This document shows positions 52,601-64,000 of a DNA stretch of 64,000 nucleotides, one piece after another. This stretch comes from Marsupella aquatica (Eukaryota > Plantae > Marchantiophyta). Below the pieces are notes generated by a model. It ran no database searches. It had not been told where the DNA came from and worked only from the letters and a program-made list of their open reading frames with translations. The DNA lies in contig OZ316895.1 in the NCBI GenBank assembly GCA_973895155.1, positions 23,200,558 to 23,264,557 of the forward strand. The letters are read 5' to 3'. The position numbers and the translations under genes were made by a program. How positions within the stretch are numbered: the stretch's first letter is position 1; each line of letters begins with the position of its first letter.

Positions 52601-53816
52601 CTTTGTCAGGTTTTCTCAATCGACCTCTAGGAAGAGTCTAGTGTGTGCAGACTAGCTTCCGAATCGATGTAGATTCAAATTATTTTACGACATATGAAAA
52701 TCCATTCAGTTCGTAATATTCCATTTATTCAACCACTAGGCATTCAGCAATAAACCACAAACCCTCTCTGATCTGTTGTACGTTTCTTCATCGTCGATGC
52801 CAATCCAAGCCGAGACTCAAGGCACTTCATCTTAATTTTATTATCGAATCATGCAAGTAGGGTTGAGGACATCAGTGTACGCTTGCTTCCCTTCGAGAAC
52901 ATGGATAAAATCTCTCTATATGACATTCGCCATCCGGCCAGACCTGCCTGTAGAGCATTTTATAGTAGAACACTTTTTTTGACTGACTTCAGAACTCTTT
53001 GCTCCAAAGGAACGGCAGCCTTGAAGACGGAACGTCGCCCAGCAATTTGTGACAGGATTATAGAATGTCATAAAATGGCAGACACAGCTCTTTGTCAAAG
53101 AAATGGTCGACCCAAGCCGCTCAGACTCTTGAACTAAATAATTTAAGCATAAAACGCATGCCGAATTCAAGATTGACAACTGCACGATGCCGTTCATTTC
53201 ACCGGCCGAATTGAGACACCTACTTTAATTTGTGAAGTTCGTTGCAAGGGACCTCAAAATTCTTGAAGTGTGATGATCATTGGAAATCATTAACTGCAGA
53301 ATTCAGTTATTTTTCTTGCTGGACATCTTCGCTTTTTGAGACTCCGTCTAGTTCACATGGCACGAGCAATTGCGGCCGGGCTGGAAGTGTGTTGAAAGGA
53401 ACTATTGAAGCTCTTAATCAGCAATTGGAGACGTGCTCAGGGACATCGACGAACTGAAGAATAGATTGACAGATATTCGATATATCTTACCCAAGCAAAA
53501 AGATTCGCAGAAAGACGGCTGAGTCGAGACCAGCGTGATCAATGAGATCGTCCTCGGACATATGAAGCGCCGCCCGCATCCAACCGAAGAGAGTCAAGTA
53601 CACTTTATAGTCCGTATTGATACAATTGGACAAAGACACCTTTCGCGCATTGGGATTTGATGTAGTAGCCTTCCTCACGCCACAGATGTACCACTTGGGG
53701 AAGTACACTCTTGCATTCTGCGGCTGAACTCTCAAAATTGAAAACGCGAGCAGAAACAAAAGCATGACTCCGATGTTAATGGCTGCTGCAGTCCCGAGGT
53801 CCTGGAAGCTCGCCAT
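46693..53816 (-). CDS. OSCA1: OSCA1/CSC1-type (ERD4/TMEM63) calcium-permeable mechanosensitive channel, 822 aa. Exons 53816-53491, 52575-52405, 51601-51466, 51077-50979, 50502-50383, 50172-50092, 49813-49473, 49241-48993, 48711-48387, 47517-47215, 47010-46693
   Basis: Motifs LRVQPQNARVYFPKWY, LIDHAGLDSAVFLRI, DKLSIANV, PDQFTVLVR, PAAFVSFKTR..AAVCAQTQQ, WAPEPRDVYWKNL, QGFLPGLALKIF, KATYFITYLMVDGWAG and YRNQVINVY..YDSAAAFWPHVH. All ten introns are GT..AG and in phase (2469 nt). Confidence 0.96.
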
Positions 53817-55481
53817 TGTTTATATGGTTGGCGAGAAATGGAACGGACCACACCTGAGTGATCGAGGGGTTCCGAATTAATTCGGAAGGCACCTACGTTA
53901 TCCAGCTGAATCGTCACCAGGGCAAGGTTAGCCTCCTTTCATGCATATCCAGGTCAAGATCCAAGATGTCGACAGTTTACCAGATGGGATATAAGCCGGC
54001 CTACTAGAGAAAGCAGCTGAGCAACCCTGAACGAATCGTAAGAATCCAATCCGAGGGAAGTAAGCACGTAATTGGAGGTTCTCGTTGAGAGACTGCCAAG
54101 CTTGTAATTTTTGGAGTAGTTCCTTCCGATGACGGACATGAAGTTGAATCCGAAGTGGATGCGACGGCTGTACAGTCACTCTTGCCCCTCTCTGAATTGT
54201 TCGATCAAATAATGAGATCGTTGCTGTCGACCGTTCGTGAGTATCAAAGCGTTTCTGCAATTTTGGCAGGCATCCTATAATTCCCCATCATCGGGGCTGT
54301 TTAACTGCCGAGCAGACAGTTGGTGAACGTTAGGTTTGCTGGCCGCTGCTGGAAAGGTGGAGTAAGACGATGCCGATCGATCAGCTCCTTCTTAAGGGGA
54401 GGCCGGCGAAGGAAATATGACGTGAAATTGGGTGAAAGCTGCTTACGAATGTAGGTGTCTGCAATTTTGCAACACGAGGGTGCCAGTGAGTAAGCCAGTT
54501 TGGCACAACACACAGATGTAATTCAAGGAGTAGAAGTACTGGCGATCACTTTCCAACTAACTAAAGTTTCCCAACTTGGCCAAACTAAAACTTGAAATCC
54601 TGGAATTTCTCTCGTAGTTCAAGCAATTCCTCACTGTGAATAATACTTTAATGCATGAAGTAATATGTTGGGCTCAATTCCCTAGAGCATCATGCACCTG
54701 TGATCTACGCCTGAACTCACTTTCCAAGCAGTTTCTCTATCCGGCCCAAATAATCAATCTGACATGGATTGAGTTAAAGCAATTCCTCATTCTACCTTAA
54801 TTAGTTCATGAAGCCATATGTTGGGCTCAATTTCCTAGAGCAACATGCACTCAGGCACCCGGGAACACTCCCACGAGAAATGTTTTGTGAGCATGCTCAA
54901 ATATCAAAAACTCAATGGAAACTGAGATGCCCAGCTATAAGCTAAGTTAACCCAATTAAGATTCGTGCCGTGGATTTTTATGCTCAAATTTCATTCTGTT
55001 CTCCAGTGAGTCCATGCAACATCATTCTCTCCATTCCTTAGGCCGGTAATCACACTGATCCCTCCCCTAGCCTACATCAATGACGGCAATCGAGTCACTC
55101 GTCGACATTCAAGACCGTTGTCGTCAATATGTAGGTTCACTTCTTACCTCAATTTGCAAGTCAAACGTTGAGAACGAATCGCGCCTGTACTTCTTTTCCC
55201 TCGCCCATATTAACGTCACTGGGGTCGCTCATGCATCCTGCACGCAAGGAAACCGATTGAACGAACCGTATAGAGTTTATAATCGTTAATTGCATCGAGG
55301 ACGTCAAGATGCCCGGTCGATCGACCCAGGAGAAGATTCACAAGCACTGTTCGCGTACCATCGTTCGTGTGAATGCGCACTGTAAATCAAGCAGAGCGAA
55401 GGTTTCCCGTCTCACCTAAATCTCGCCGCGACGGTGCTGCTGTCATGTAAAATGAAGCTCAAGCTGATCGATTTTCCGGTC

Positions 55482-56360
55482 CTCCATGGGTCTAGTCTCT
55501 CTCTGTGAGCTACCCATTCCTGTCTGCTCTAACTTGTAATGAAATTAAAGTGAATGAATCGGCGCATCGCTCAGACACTAGATCCACCTCAAGTTCGTCA
55601 GACTTTCTCCACGGGTCTCGTCTCTCTCTGGGAGCTACCAATTCCTGTATGCTATATTGTGTAATGGAATTAAAAAAACAGATGGGCGCATTACTCAGAC
55701 ACTCGATCTACCTCGAGTTCGTCGGACTTTCTCCACTGGTCTCGTCTCTCTCTGTGAGCTACCAATTCCTATATGCTGTATCTTGTATTGAAATTAACGT
55801 GAATCAATCGGCGCATCGCTCAGAACTAGATGTACGTCAAGTTAATTCGTCAGAATTTCTCCATGGGTCTCGTCTCTCTCTGTGAGCTACCAATTCCTGT
55901 ATGCTGTATCGTGTAATGGAGTTTAAAGAACAGATGAACACATCGCTCAGACACTCGATCTACCTCGATCGAGTTCGCCAGACTTTCTCCATGAGTCTCG
56001 TCTCTCTCTCTCTGAGCTACCAATTCCTATATGCTGTATCTTGTATTGAAATCTAAGTGAATGAATCGGCGCATCGCTCAGACACTAGATCTACCTCAAG
56101 TTCGTAAGACTTTCTCCATGGGTCTCGTCCCTCTAGATCTGTGAGCTACCAATTCCTGTATGCTGTATCGTGTAATGGAATTTAAAGAACAGAATGATGG
56201 GCCCATCGCTCTACCTGCTCGTCAGACTTTCTCCATGGGTCTCGTCTCTCTCTCTGAGCTACCAATTCCTATATCCTGTATCTTGTATTGAAATCTAAGG
56301 GAATCAATCGGCGCATTGCTCAGACACTCGATCCACCTCGAGTTCATCAGACTTTCCTTC
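55482..56360. repeat. Satellite, ~125-bp monomers, 7 copies arranged as an alternating A/B dimer
   Basis: ctccatgggtctcgtctctctctgtgagctaccaattcct at ~55482, 55607, 55731, 55859, 55987, 56113 and 56231. A has cttgtattgaaat..gtgaat..atcggcgca; B has gtgtaatgga.tt.aa.aacagatg. Confidence 0.95.
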
Positions 56361-56954
56361 AGGCATTGACAGCAATGAATTTGTGGAAGCACTCTACGCC
56401 ACGACTCAACTGGAATTGACAGCTCATGAATTTGTGGAAGCACTCTACTCCGTGACTCCTCACTCAACTGCTTGGACAGTATTCCATGACCATGAATCCT
56501 GCAAGATTTTTCTCGTTCTATATGGATATATATGGCGAGAAGGGCAGTTTCAGATTTGTCCTCTACGTAAAGAAATAACATCTGAACCCGCATTGAATTT
56601 GGGTTTGTCTTCAAGTGCGAAGAAACAGAAGAAAAACAAATAGTAGGAGTGAAAAGTAATTATCCATTGATATATAGTGTTGGAGTGACGTCCTGGAACA
56701 TTTCAATTTTTGTATTGTAGTGACGTTGGGGTGATATAATTTCGTTTTAGCTATTGAATAGAATTAGTGAAGATTGAACGCGACGATAAGGTCAATAGCA
56801 TACTATTCAATGCGATAAGGTCAATACTCAGGTTTACAGAGCATTGTGATATAGTGCCCAAACAGAGCTTTGGCTCAAGTTTTGAGGGGCTACTATAATT
56901 AAGAAGAAAGTTAGGAAAGTCAGAGCTAAGGTAATTTTTCAACCCTATAAAGTT

Positions 56955-58995
56955 AGAAAACTTTTGGAATTCTAAAAAAATTAGTTGGAAGTACCCTAAT
57001 ATTCTTATAAATCTCAAAATTGGATTTAAAATATATTATTGTTCTTCTGAGAAATTTTTAAGTTTTTCCTTCAAACCAATAAAAAGATCATATTCTTCGT
57101 CGCCGCACGTGATGTGCCATTTATGTGAAAATGAAACCCCCAAGCTCAACCTCCTGCCTAATTATCTCCTCGATCCCCCTGGTTTTAGGAATCCAATGGC
57201 CAACAAAAAATGTCAAACAAATTAATCGGCCTCTATTTTTACGTACATTCATGGGAAGCTCTTTCCACGTGCAACCACATCAACACTATTGGTCGCAAAC
57301 AAGAACAAATTACAGTAGTTATGCAAGAAGTACCAATTGATTCACTATTCTTGTTTGAGGCAAGGCAAAGAAAAATAGCTCGACCAAAACTATAAAAACA
57401 ATGGAAAACAACATTTCAAATACATAAAGGGAGGGGTAACAGAAAGTAACTTTTTGGATAGGGTCTGATTGATATGTAGTTTTCTGGTAAATTGTTGATT
57501 TTTTTTTACTTAATTAGAATTTTTTTTGAAATAACAATGGGTAGAAAGAAACTCTTTAACTTCTGTACCATTTATCAACGTAGCGTAAGAAAAACCCTTG
57601 GGCTACAATGGCTAGAGGGGGAACAAAAGAACATAAGAAACCCTTCAATTACTATGGCGAGAAGAGTAAGTAACAAAGGAACATAGAAAACCCTTCAACT
57701 ACTATGGACACAAAACAGGAATGTGAGGAACCCTTTGGCTACTATGGACACACAAACATTTTTGCAAGGATTCTATGGAATGTTACATGGATTCAATGTA
57801 TAGACACAGAGGAACCCAAGGAATGTTTTGTATGTTACCATGAATTGTACCCTCTTAATTTGTCTTCAATAAATTGAACTTGAGTTGACTACCATAAAAC
57901 CCGCTTGATTTAGAATCCTCCATTTAATCTTTGTCCTCTCATTTCAATAATTATGCAAACTATTCCAATCTGTAACCCTTCATCGCTTCAACTAGTTGAA
58001 TAACATCAAGCTTACATAACCAAGAGGTATTAAATTTATTTTAAGTCCCTTAACTTCTTCTAACCCCTTTGATTCATTTTTTCCTTCCTTGACTCCTTAA
58101 TTTCCCCTCTCCTTTCCCTTACACTCTCCACCACTAGGGGGTGTTAGCAGGGATGGCCTGTGGAGGAGGTGGGGATTTAGGGTGGATGGAGAGACACAGA
58201 AGGGCAGAAAGGCAGAGGGTACTGTGCATGGGGTCGGGTCAGCTGGTCACGATTTGTACTTAGTCCTACTGCCTAGTTAGGGTCTCACTTCTGCAAAAAT
58301 GGCATGTCCTGTGCCATATAGTATAGCATGTTCATCCTGGAACATGTCTTGTTTTTTTTGTCTTGTAGTGATATGTAATTCAGTTAAGTAGGTACATGTA
58401 AAGTATATGCACATAAAATCACATTATGACAAAGAAAGTACAAAGGTACTAAAGAGTTGAGTTGTGCACATACAGTACAGATTTTCACTTGCTTCTAGGT
58501 AATGATATTCAATTCCATTAAAACCATAAATTTTGCAAAATAAACCAGGAGGGGAACTTAGTACACCAGATGTGCACATTGTTCAAATTCATTTCTTACA
58601 TTCTCACGAGAAAAAAAAGAATTCACTAAGGAGTGATTGAAAAGGAAAGATTAAACCTTACTGAGGGGAGCCAAATACATTCAAAATACTCTAAGTTCAC
58701 TATAATTAAGAGGGGTCCTAAAGTTAATTCTTAATCAAATTAATACAAATGATTTACCTTGTTAAGGCAAATTAAAATCAAAATACTTGACACAAAATTT
58801 GAATGAGACAAAATATGAAAGGTGGATTCACCATATGTCCTGTGCGACAATGAAAGCATCAAAATAGTTTTATTAATTTCAAGTGAAGACTCTGAAAATT
58901 GTGTAATAAAACATTAGGGTCCTTTAAAATATACTTTTAAGACTTATAAGGAACCATAGGGACTTCTAGCCAATTTTTGGTATCTTTCAAGTTAA
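56955..58995. mobile_element. Degenerate non-autonomous element with long imperfect terminal inverted repeats (MULE/foldback-like)
   Basis: 56958-57035 (aactt..aaaaaattagttggaagtaccctaatattcttataaatctcaaaa) resembles the reverse complement of 58920-58993. An internal ~40-bp repeat array lies at 57590-57830. Same family as 40320-41060. No target-site duplication resolved. Confidence 0.5.
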
Positions 58996-60094
58996 GGGAT
59001 GCTTAGCTTAGACTAGACAGTGGAGAGTATCTATACTCTACATGAGCACTTCAATATAATCATACGTCTAGAGATCAGTATTTAGGATTTAAGTTGAAGA
59101 CTGGAGAGAGGAGATGATTGTATCATATAGCAACTTGTAACTTGCTAGGCGAACAATAGTGGATGTAAAATATTTGACATGTGCATAGTGGAGATCTTCT
59201 CTTAATCTATTGTGGGTGTAGCCAAGGCATAGTGAGCCATGTATCTTTGTGTGGGTATTAATTTCTTGTATGCTGCACACTATTCCATATACTTAGCGTC
59301 GTTCTGTCAAATATGATCGCAACAGTCACCAAGCCAGTCGTGGGTGGAGGTGTGAGCATTTGGGCACTGACCATAGTTTGTATGAGAGAGATATACTTAG
59401 TGGACCTCCAAATGCAATTTTCTCTCTTATTGGACCACAAGTTGCCCACGCCCTCCCAGTGGACCCCAATGTTTAGATTCTCTCCCAATGGACCTCCGGG
59501 CCCACTCCGTACAGGCATGTTCTTATGAAACAGCTTACCACGCAGTTCGAGTCCACTACGTACCCTGTGGAAACCATGGTTGGTCATGTGTAGTAGGCCG
59601 TCAATAACGTCGCAGTCCACAAGCGTCGTAGCCCTGGCGGCAATCGAGCTCCGCGCAGCACCATGGCTTCCTAGTTTTGTGAATACAATATGCCTATTGT
59701 ATTCAAAACTACAATCAAACGAGTTTGCGGTGGCATTGGTCGGAGCCTTTGTGCCCGGCCTCACAGGATTTCAGAATACATTGTCACTTAGTTTAGTGTT
59801 CAAGATACAAAGGAAATAGTTTATTGGAGCTTGCAAGAGCCGGCAAGCCGTACCTCCCCGAACCTCCTTGCTTTTATGAAGACATTGTCTATAATGGGTA
59901 CAAATCTTAAAGGAATAATTTTCAAAATTCAAATGTGCCCGCCCTTTATGGAACCCTTTCGGAACCTGTTTTGTTGTCATTTGGTTTGATTCTTGACATT
60001 TTCTCACATTTTCTCATGTTGCTGGTTCTGGCTCGTGTTGTTGGTTCTTGTTGTTCCTACTGTTCCCGCTCGTGTTCTTGCTCGTGTTCCTGCT

Positions 60095-60734
60095 ATGTCG
60101 ACCCTTGAGGATGTGCGAATTGCAATGAAGAAGCGGCCAGACAACATCATTGGGCCAATCCCAGTATATGTTTGTAATTTGCCTCTGATTTCCCATGGCC
60201 CAAAAAGTTCACTTATAGAGGTTGCAGGCATGGCATTGGCGGTGGTTTGGTTTGTGGGAAGTCCATTGAGGCAGCGGAGCAATGCAACCACAACCCACTG
60301 CTAGACGGTAACAATTGTCATTTGTATATAGGTTCCAAATTTTCATGGTGGATGCATATGAGAACACTGGGCCATTCAAGGCCACTATCTTTCAAGCTAC
60401 ACGAGAGCTTGTGGAGATGATTGCTGACGAATTTGCAGAGTATGGTACCATTCGCCAGCTTGAAACAATGCACGAGCAAATTTCTCAGATCCCATACTGT
60501 CTAGTGTGGATTAAAGCAGGACAACATTCTGCTGTTGTAAATAAGCTCGTTGTTGAGAGCAGGCATTGCCCTCCTAGTCGTGCCCCTGTGAGAACAAGAG
60601 TTGAGAAAGTGATCAGCAGAAGCAATCTTGTGGATGCTGATATCCTTATGCAGCAGTTGGAGGTGACTGCAGCAATGATTTCAAAGTTTCGTTTGTCCAC
60701 CATCGAATCCGCCAAAGACTCGAAAGGCAAATGA
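60095..60734 (+). pseudogene. RPA70 C-terminal (DBD-C, Zn-ribbon OB-fold)-like gene with two frameshifts; probable Helitron-type cargo
   Basis: MSTLEDVRIAM.. / FTYRGCRHGIGGGLVCGKSIEAAEQCNH / FVYRFQIFMVDAYENTGPFKATIFQATRELVEMIADEF parallels RPA1 KTI..I / F.Y.AC....C.KK...C..C / YRY.L...D.TG....T.FQ......M.A..L. Frame changes occur at ~60206 and ~60315. Confidence 0.65.
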
Positions 60735-61269
60735 TAGGGATGTTGTGTCATGAAGAATACGTTTTGGTTGTTGTATTCTTGTTATTTCTTGAAGAGATTA
60801 GTGGTTTGGTAAGATGATTTAGTGTCATTTAGCATTCTCCTTAGCTTCAATGATGAACAATTTGCATTTCAGATGAGTATTGGAGGAGCCCTTCAGTTGC
60901 ATAATTTGAAAATGTGTATTGTGTAATGGGTATTTTCTCTTGCATTATGATCAGACTACAATGTTGTTTATGTATTCTCTGATCTCTTTGTTATGTAACA
61001 CGTTGCAACATTCTTTTGTATGTTGAGAATACAACACAGAATACTACATGGTTTATGTATTCTTTGAATTCTATTTCATGTAACACGTCTAGGTTGCGCC
61101 TGCTTTGCTACTTCATTACTAGGGTTGAGGGCACGATCATTTGCGCGTATGCCTTATCTTTGGTGAGGGTTTAGGATTTTAGATGGCAGCCGATAGGAAT
61201 GATGAGCGAGGAGGATTGTTTTAGGGATTCCACTATTGGAGCTCGCAAGCAGATCGGAGGCTTGTTGGG

Positions 61270-61640
61270 CTGGTGAAGGGGGACTACGGAATCAATTGGG
61301 ATTGCCTGTTGGGCGCGCAATTGGGAGTGAGTAACAAGTGATTCAGGGAGCTTTAGCTTCAATAACGTCGCAGTCCACAAGCGTCGTAGCACTGGCGGCA
61401 ATCAAGCTCCGCGATTGGGAGTGAGTAACGAACGATTCAGGGAGTTGGTGAAGGGGGACTGCGCGCAATTGGGAGTGAGTAACGAGCAATTCAAGGAGCT
61501 GGTGAAGGGAGACTGCGCATGATTGGGAGTGAGTATAGAGCGATTCAGGGAGCTGGTGCTAGTGAAGGGGGACTGCAAAATCAATTGGGATTGCTTGTCG
61601 GGTGATTGGGAGTGAGTGTAGAGCGATTCAGGGAGATCAA
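61270..61640. repeat. Degenerate ~54-bp tandem repeats
   Basis: ttgggagtgagta..gagcgattcagggagctggtgaagggggactgc, ~5-6 copies. Confidence 0.85.
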
Positions 61641-61692
61641 GGAGTGAACGTTGGGCAGGTCCGTTGGGTTTTGAACCCAACCAAGGTAGTCA

Positions 61693-62483
61693 TGGTGCCC
61701 CATGCCAAGAAACTAATATTGGCAAAGGAGGGACTGCATTTTCGATACCGTGTAGGCAATCAGGGGAACCATGTATTCAAGTGTATATGCGTTGGTCATG
61801 CTCCTCGTGGTTTCTCTTCATTCAAGTTGTTTCAGACTCACTTGAGCACCAAGCATGGCCAAAAACTCCCTACTGATTTGTTGGAGCCAGGCCTGCCTTG
61901 GTTGAGTTCAAAACTCAACATCTCTCATCCCGCCAACAAACCACGGAAATGCAGCAGCAGCAGTGGTAAGAAGACGAAAGGTGCGTCATGGATTCGATTG
62001 AGGTCGATTGCAAAGCTAAGATCGCAGATGACAAAGCAGCGAAAGAAGAATCAGCTGAAGGAGGACTATTGCGTTTCAGTTCTGGGGAAGAGTGAGCCAT
62101 CTGTCCCATCCAAATCGGTCCTTGTTCGTCTCATTAAGGTCTTCCACATTCATCCCAAGGAGAAGAAGGGCTGGGGCTGCTTGGTAGACAACAACATCTT
62201 TGAGATGTTGCAGGAGCATGTGAGCTCTGCTCCTATCACCAATGTTGTGTATCATTGGGCCGAGCATGTGCAGCAATTGCGTGCTCAGTTGCCCGTGGAT
62301 CAAAAGTTGCATGCTTTGCAGGTCAATTGTCGACTATTACAGGTACTTTTTCTGCTGAGAAATGTCGCTGCCCAGTCTGTCCAACCTTCAGCAGGTAAGG
62401 AGAGTAGAGAACTCGTTGTTGCAGACGCCTTGGAGTTTTTTAGGAAGAAAAGGGAAATTCGGAGGAAAAGAAATCGATTTTGA
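61693..62483 (+). CDS. Hypothetical basic protein with a C2H2-like zinc finger, probably TE-associated
   Basis: Open frame of ~263 codons from ATG 61693. FKCICVGHAPRGFSSFKLFQTHLSTKH has a C..C..F.....F..H....H pattern, followed by NLS-like Lys/Arg tracts. Confidence 0.4.
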
Positions 62484-64000
62484 CCATGCCTATCCAGACC
62501 ATGACGTTGAAAGGAGTGGGCAAGGGAGGCAAGATAGAGAAAGGGTAGCGGAGAGACCAAAAATTGAGAAAAGTACCAATAATAGAGAGGTGGATCCAAC
62601 GAGATGGAAGACTACAGAGGGTCAAGGGGAGCCAAGAGAAATAACCACGTGACCCTGAGCCACCCCATACATGCAACAACCAAGTGAACCCAAAAAATGC
62701 TAGCTCCTTAGATTGCTCTCCTATGCAGCCACTCCCCCACTCCCATAAACCCCAGTGCGACACAACAACCAGCCAAAAAGACAAAAGACCACAAGCAGCC
62801 CCCAAAAAACTGCCTCTCCCCCTTTAGATGGACAGAAGGTAACCCTTCTAAAAATTAAAGAAAAAAACATTCCTTCCCTCTCTCCCTCATGCCATCCCCA
62901 TTAGGTATGGAATGCAGGGTGTACCCTAGATAGCTTATACAACTCATACCAGATGTACTCAGTCTATCAATTAATTCCATTCCATATGCATTTTGCAAAA
63001 ATGTTGAAAGATTTTTAAGGAGAAATCAATTACTTTACACACTTTAGACTAAGGTCATAATCCCTGTTACAGGAGATAACAACCCCCATAACATGCCAAA
63101 GAAAAATGACCTGCAAACATCCTAACTGCCCAAATACCTGTTCTTTGAATGTGAATAGAGTTGAGGACAAAAAGTGCATCTTGCTTGCATTCCTCCATCA
63201 CTAGCTCCCCAGCACCACCCTGCACCAGCTACTTCTCAATTCCTGGCTTCAATGTCAATACCAACCGGTTGCTCCTCCTCCTCTCGGACAGGTTTCTCTG
63301 ATTGCCCAGTGTAATAAAGATTCTTGGGGTTTAGCCTGTTTTGAAGAAAACAAATACAGACCGGTTGCTCATTCAGCTAAAACTTGCATTCAATCCATCT
63401 AGTTCAGAGACTTGCAATCAATCTTAGTCATTGTATACTCACCCCAATGCCTCCTTGACATTTTCCATCCCCACCCTATTTTTTGTTTATTGCTTAGAGT
63501 CACAGTCTAGAGGCTCGCTCTAGACCATAGCCCTAAAAGTAGACTGCCATACGGATTTACTAAGATTGCCTTAAAGTGTGAAATTTTCCTAATGAAGCGC
63601 AATGCAAAACTACTTCTAGAGCTACCTTGTAGAGTGAAGCTTGTAGAGCATAATTCTCAATAAGGACAAATTGGAAAATGACTCTAAAAAGGACTAAATT
63701 GAAAGAGGACAAAAGTGTAAGTGCGAGAGGAAAAATTAAAAACAAAGATCATGATAGCAAAGACAAACAGAAAGTAGCATAGAATACTAACTTTCTTTTG
63801 CCAAAATTGTTTTGAATCTTCTTTTCTATTTACGTTCCTTGAAGGGGTAATCAGGCTAGCCCACCTTACTCACCGAGTATGGCTATGTGCTGTCTAAATT
63901 CTCTTTCTACTTTTTATCCTTGTCAACGAGGTACAATTTATCCTGGCATATACTTTTCTCCAATCGTCCTTTTATATTCCTTTGCATGCTACGGCTCTAG

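Noticed and set aside
63997-64000. Terminal CTAG as a Helitron 3' end
   Set aside because: No GC-rich subterminal hairpin; it coincides with the arbitrary window edge.

Overview
Eukaryotic nuclear DNA from a land plant, most likely a bryophyte or liverwort. This is inferred from GT-AG spliced genes, a plastid-targeted ribosomal protein and a cysteine-less bryophyte-type germin. Six apparently intact genes: a germin-like protein (-), a secreted GH9 endoglucanase (+, 3 coding exons), plastid ribosomal protein L10 (-), UTP11 (-, 8 exons), an uncharacterised multi-TM protein (+) and an OSCA1/CSC1 mechanosensitive channel (-, 11 exons). Decayed genes: a METTL21-like methyltransferase pseudogene, a frameshifted RPA70 C-terminal-domain gene (Helitron-like cargo) and a weak kinase remnant. 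Mobile DNA: a structurally complete 2.67-kb pogo-like transposon (24-bp TIRs, TA duplication) nested in older TE debris next to a dead CACTA/EnSpm transposase, plus non-autonomous elements and many tandem repeats. The most notable observation is at the GH9 locus. Its stop codon lies 25 nt before a phase-compatible intron, and the downstream exon still encodes a frameshifted CBM49 cellulose-binding module. This looks like a class C to class B conversion caught in progress. All homology calls come from motif recognition by eye; no database searches were run.
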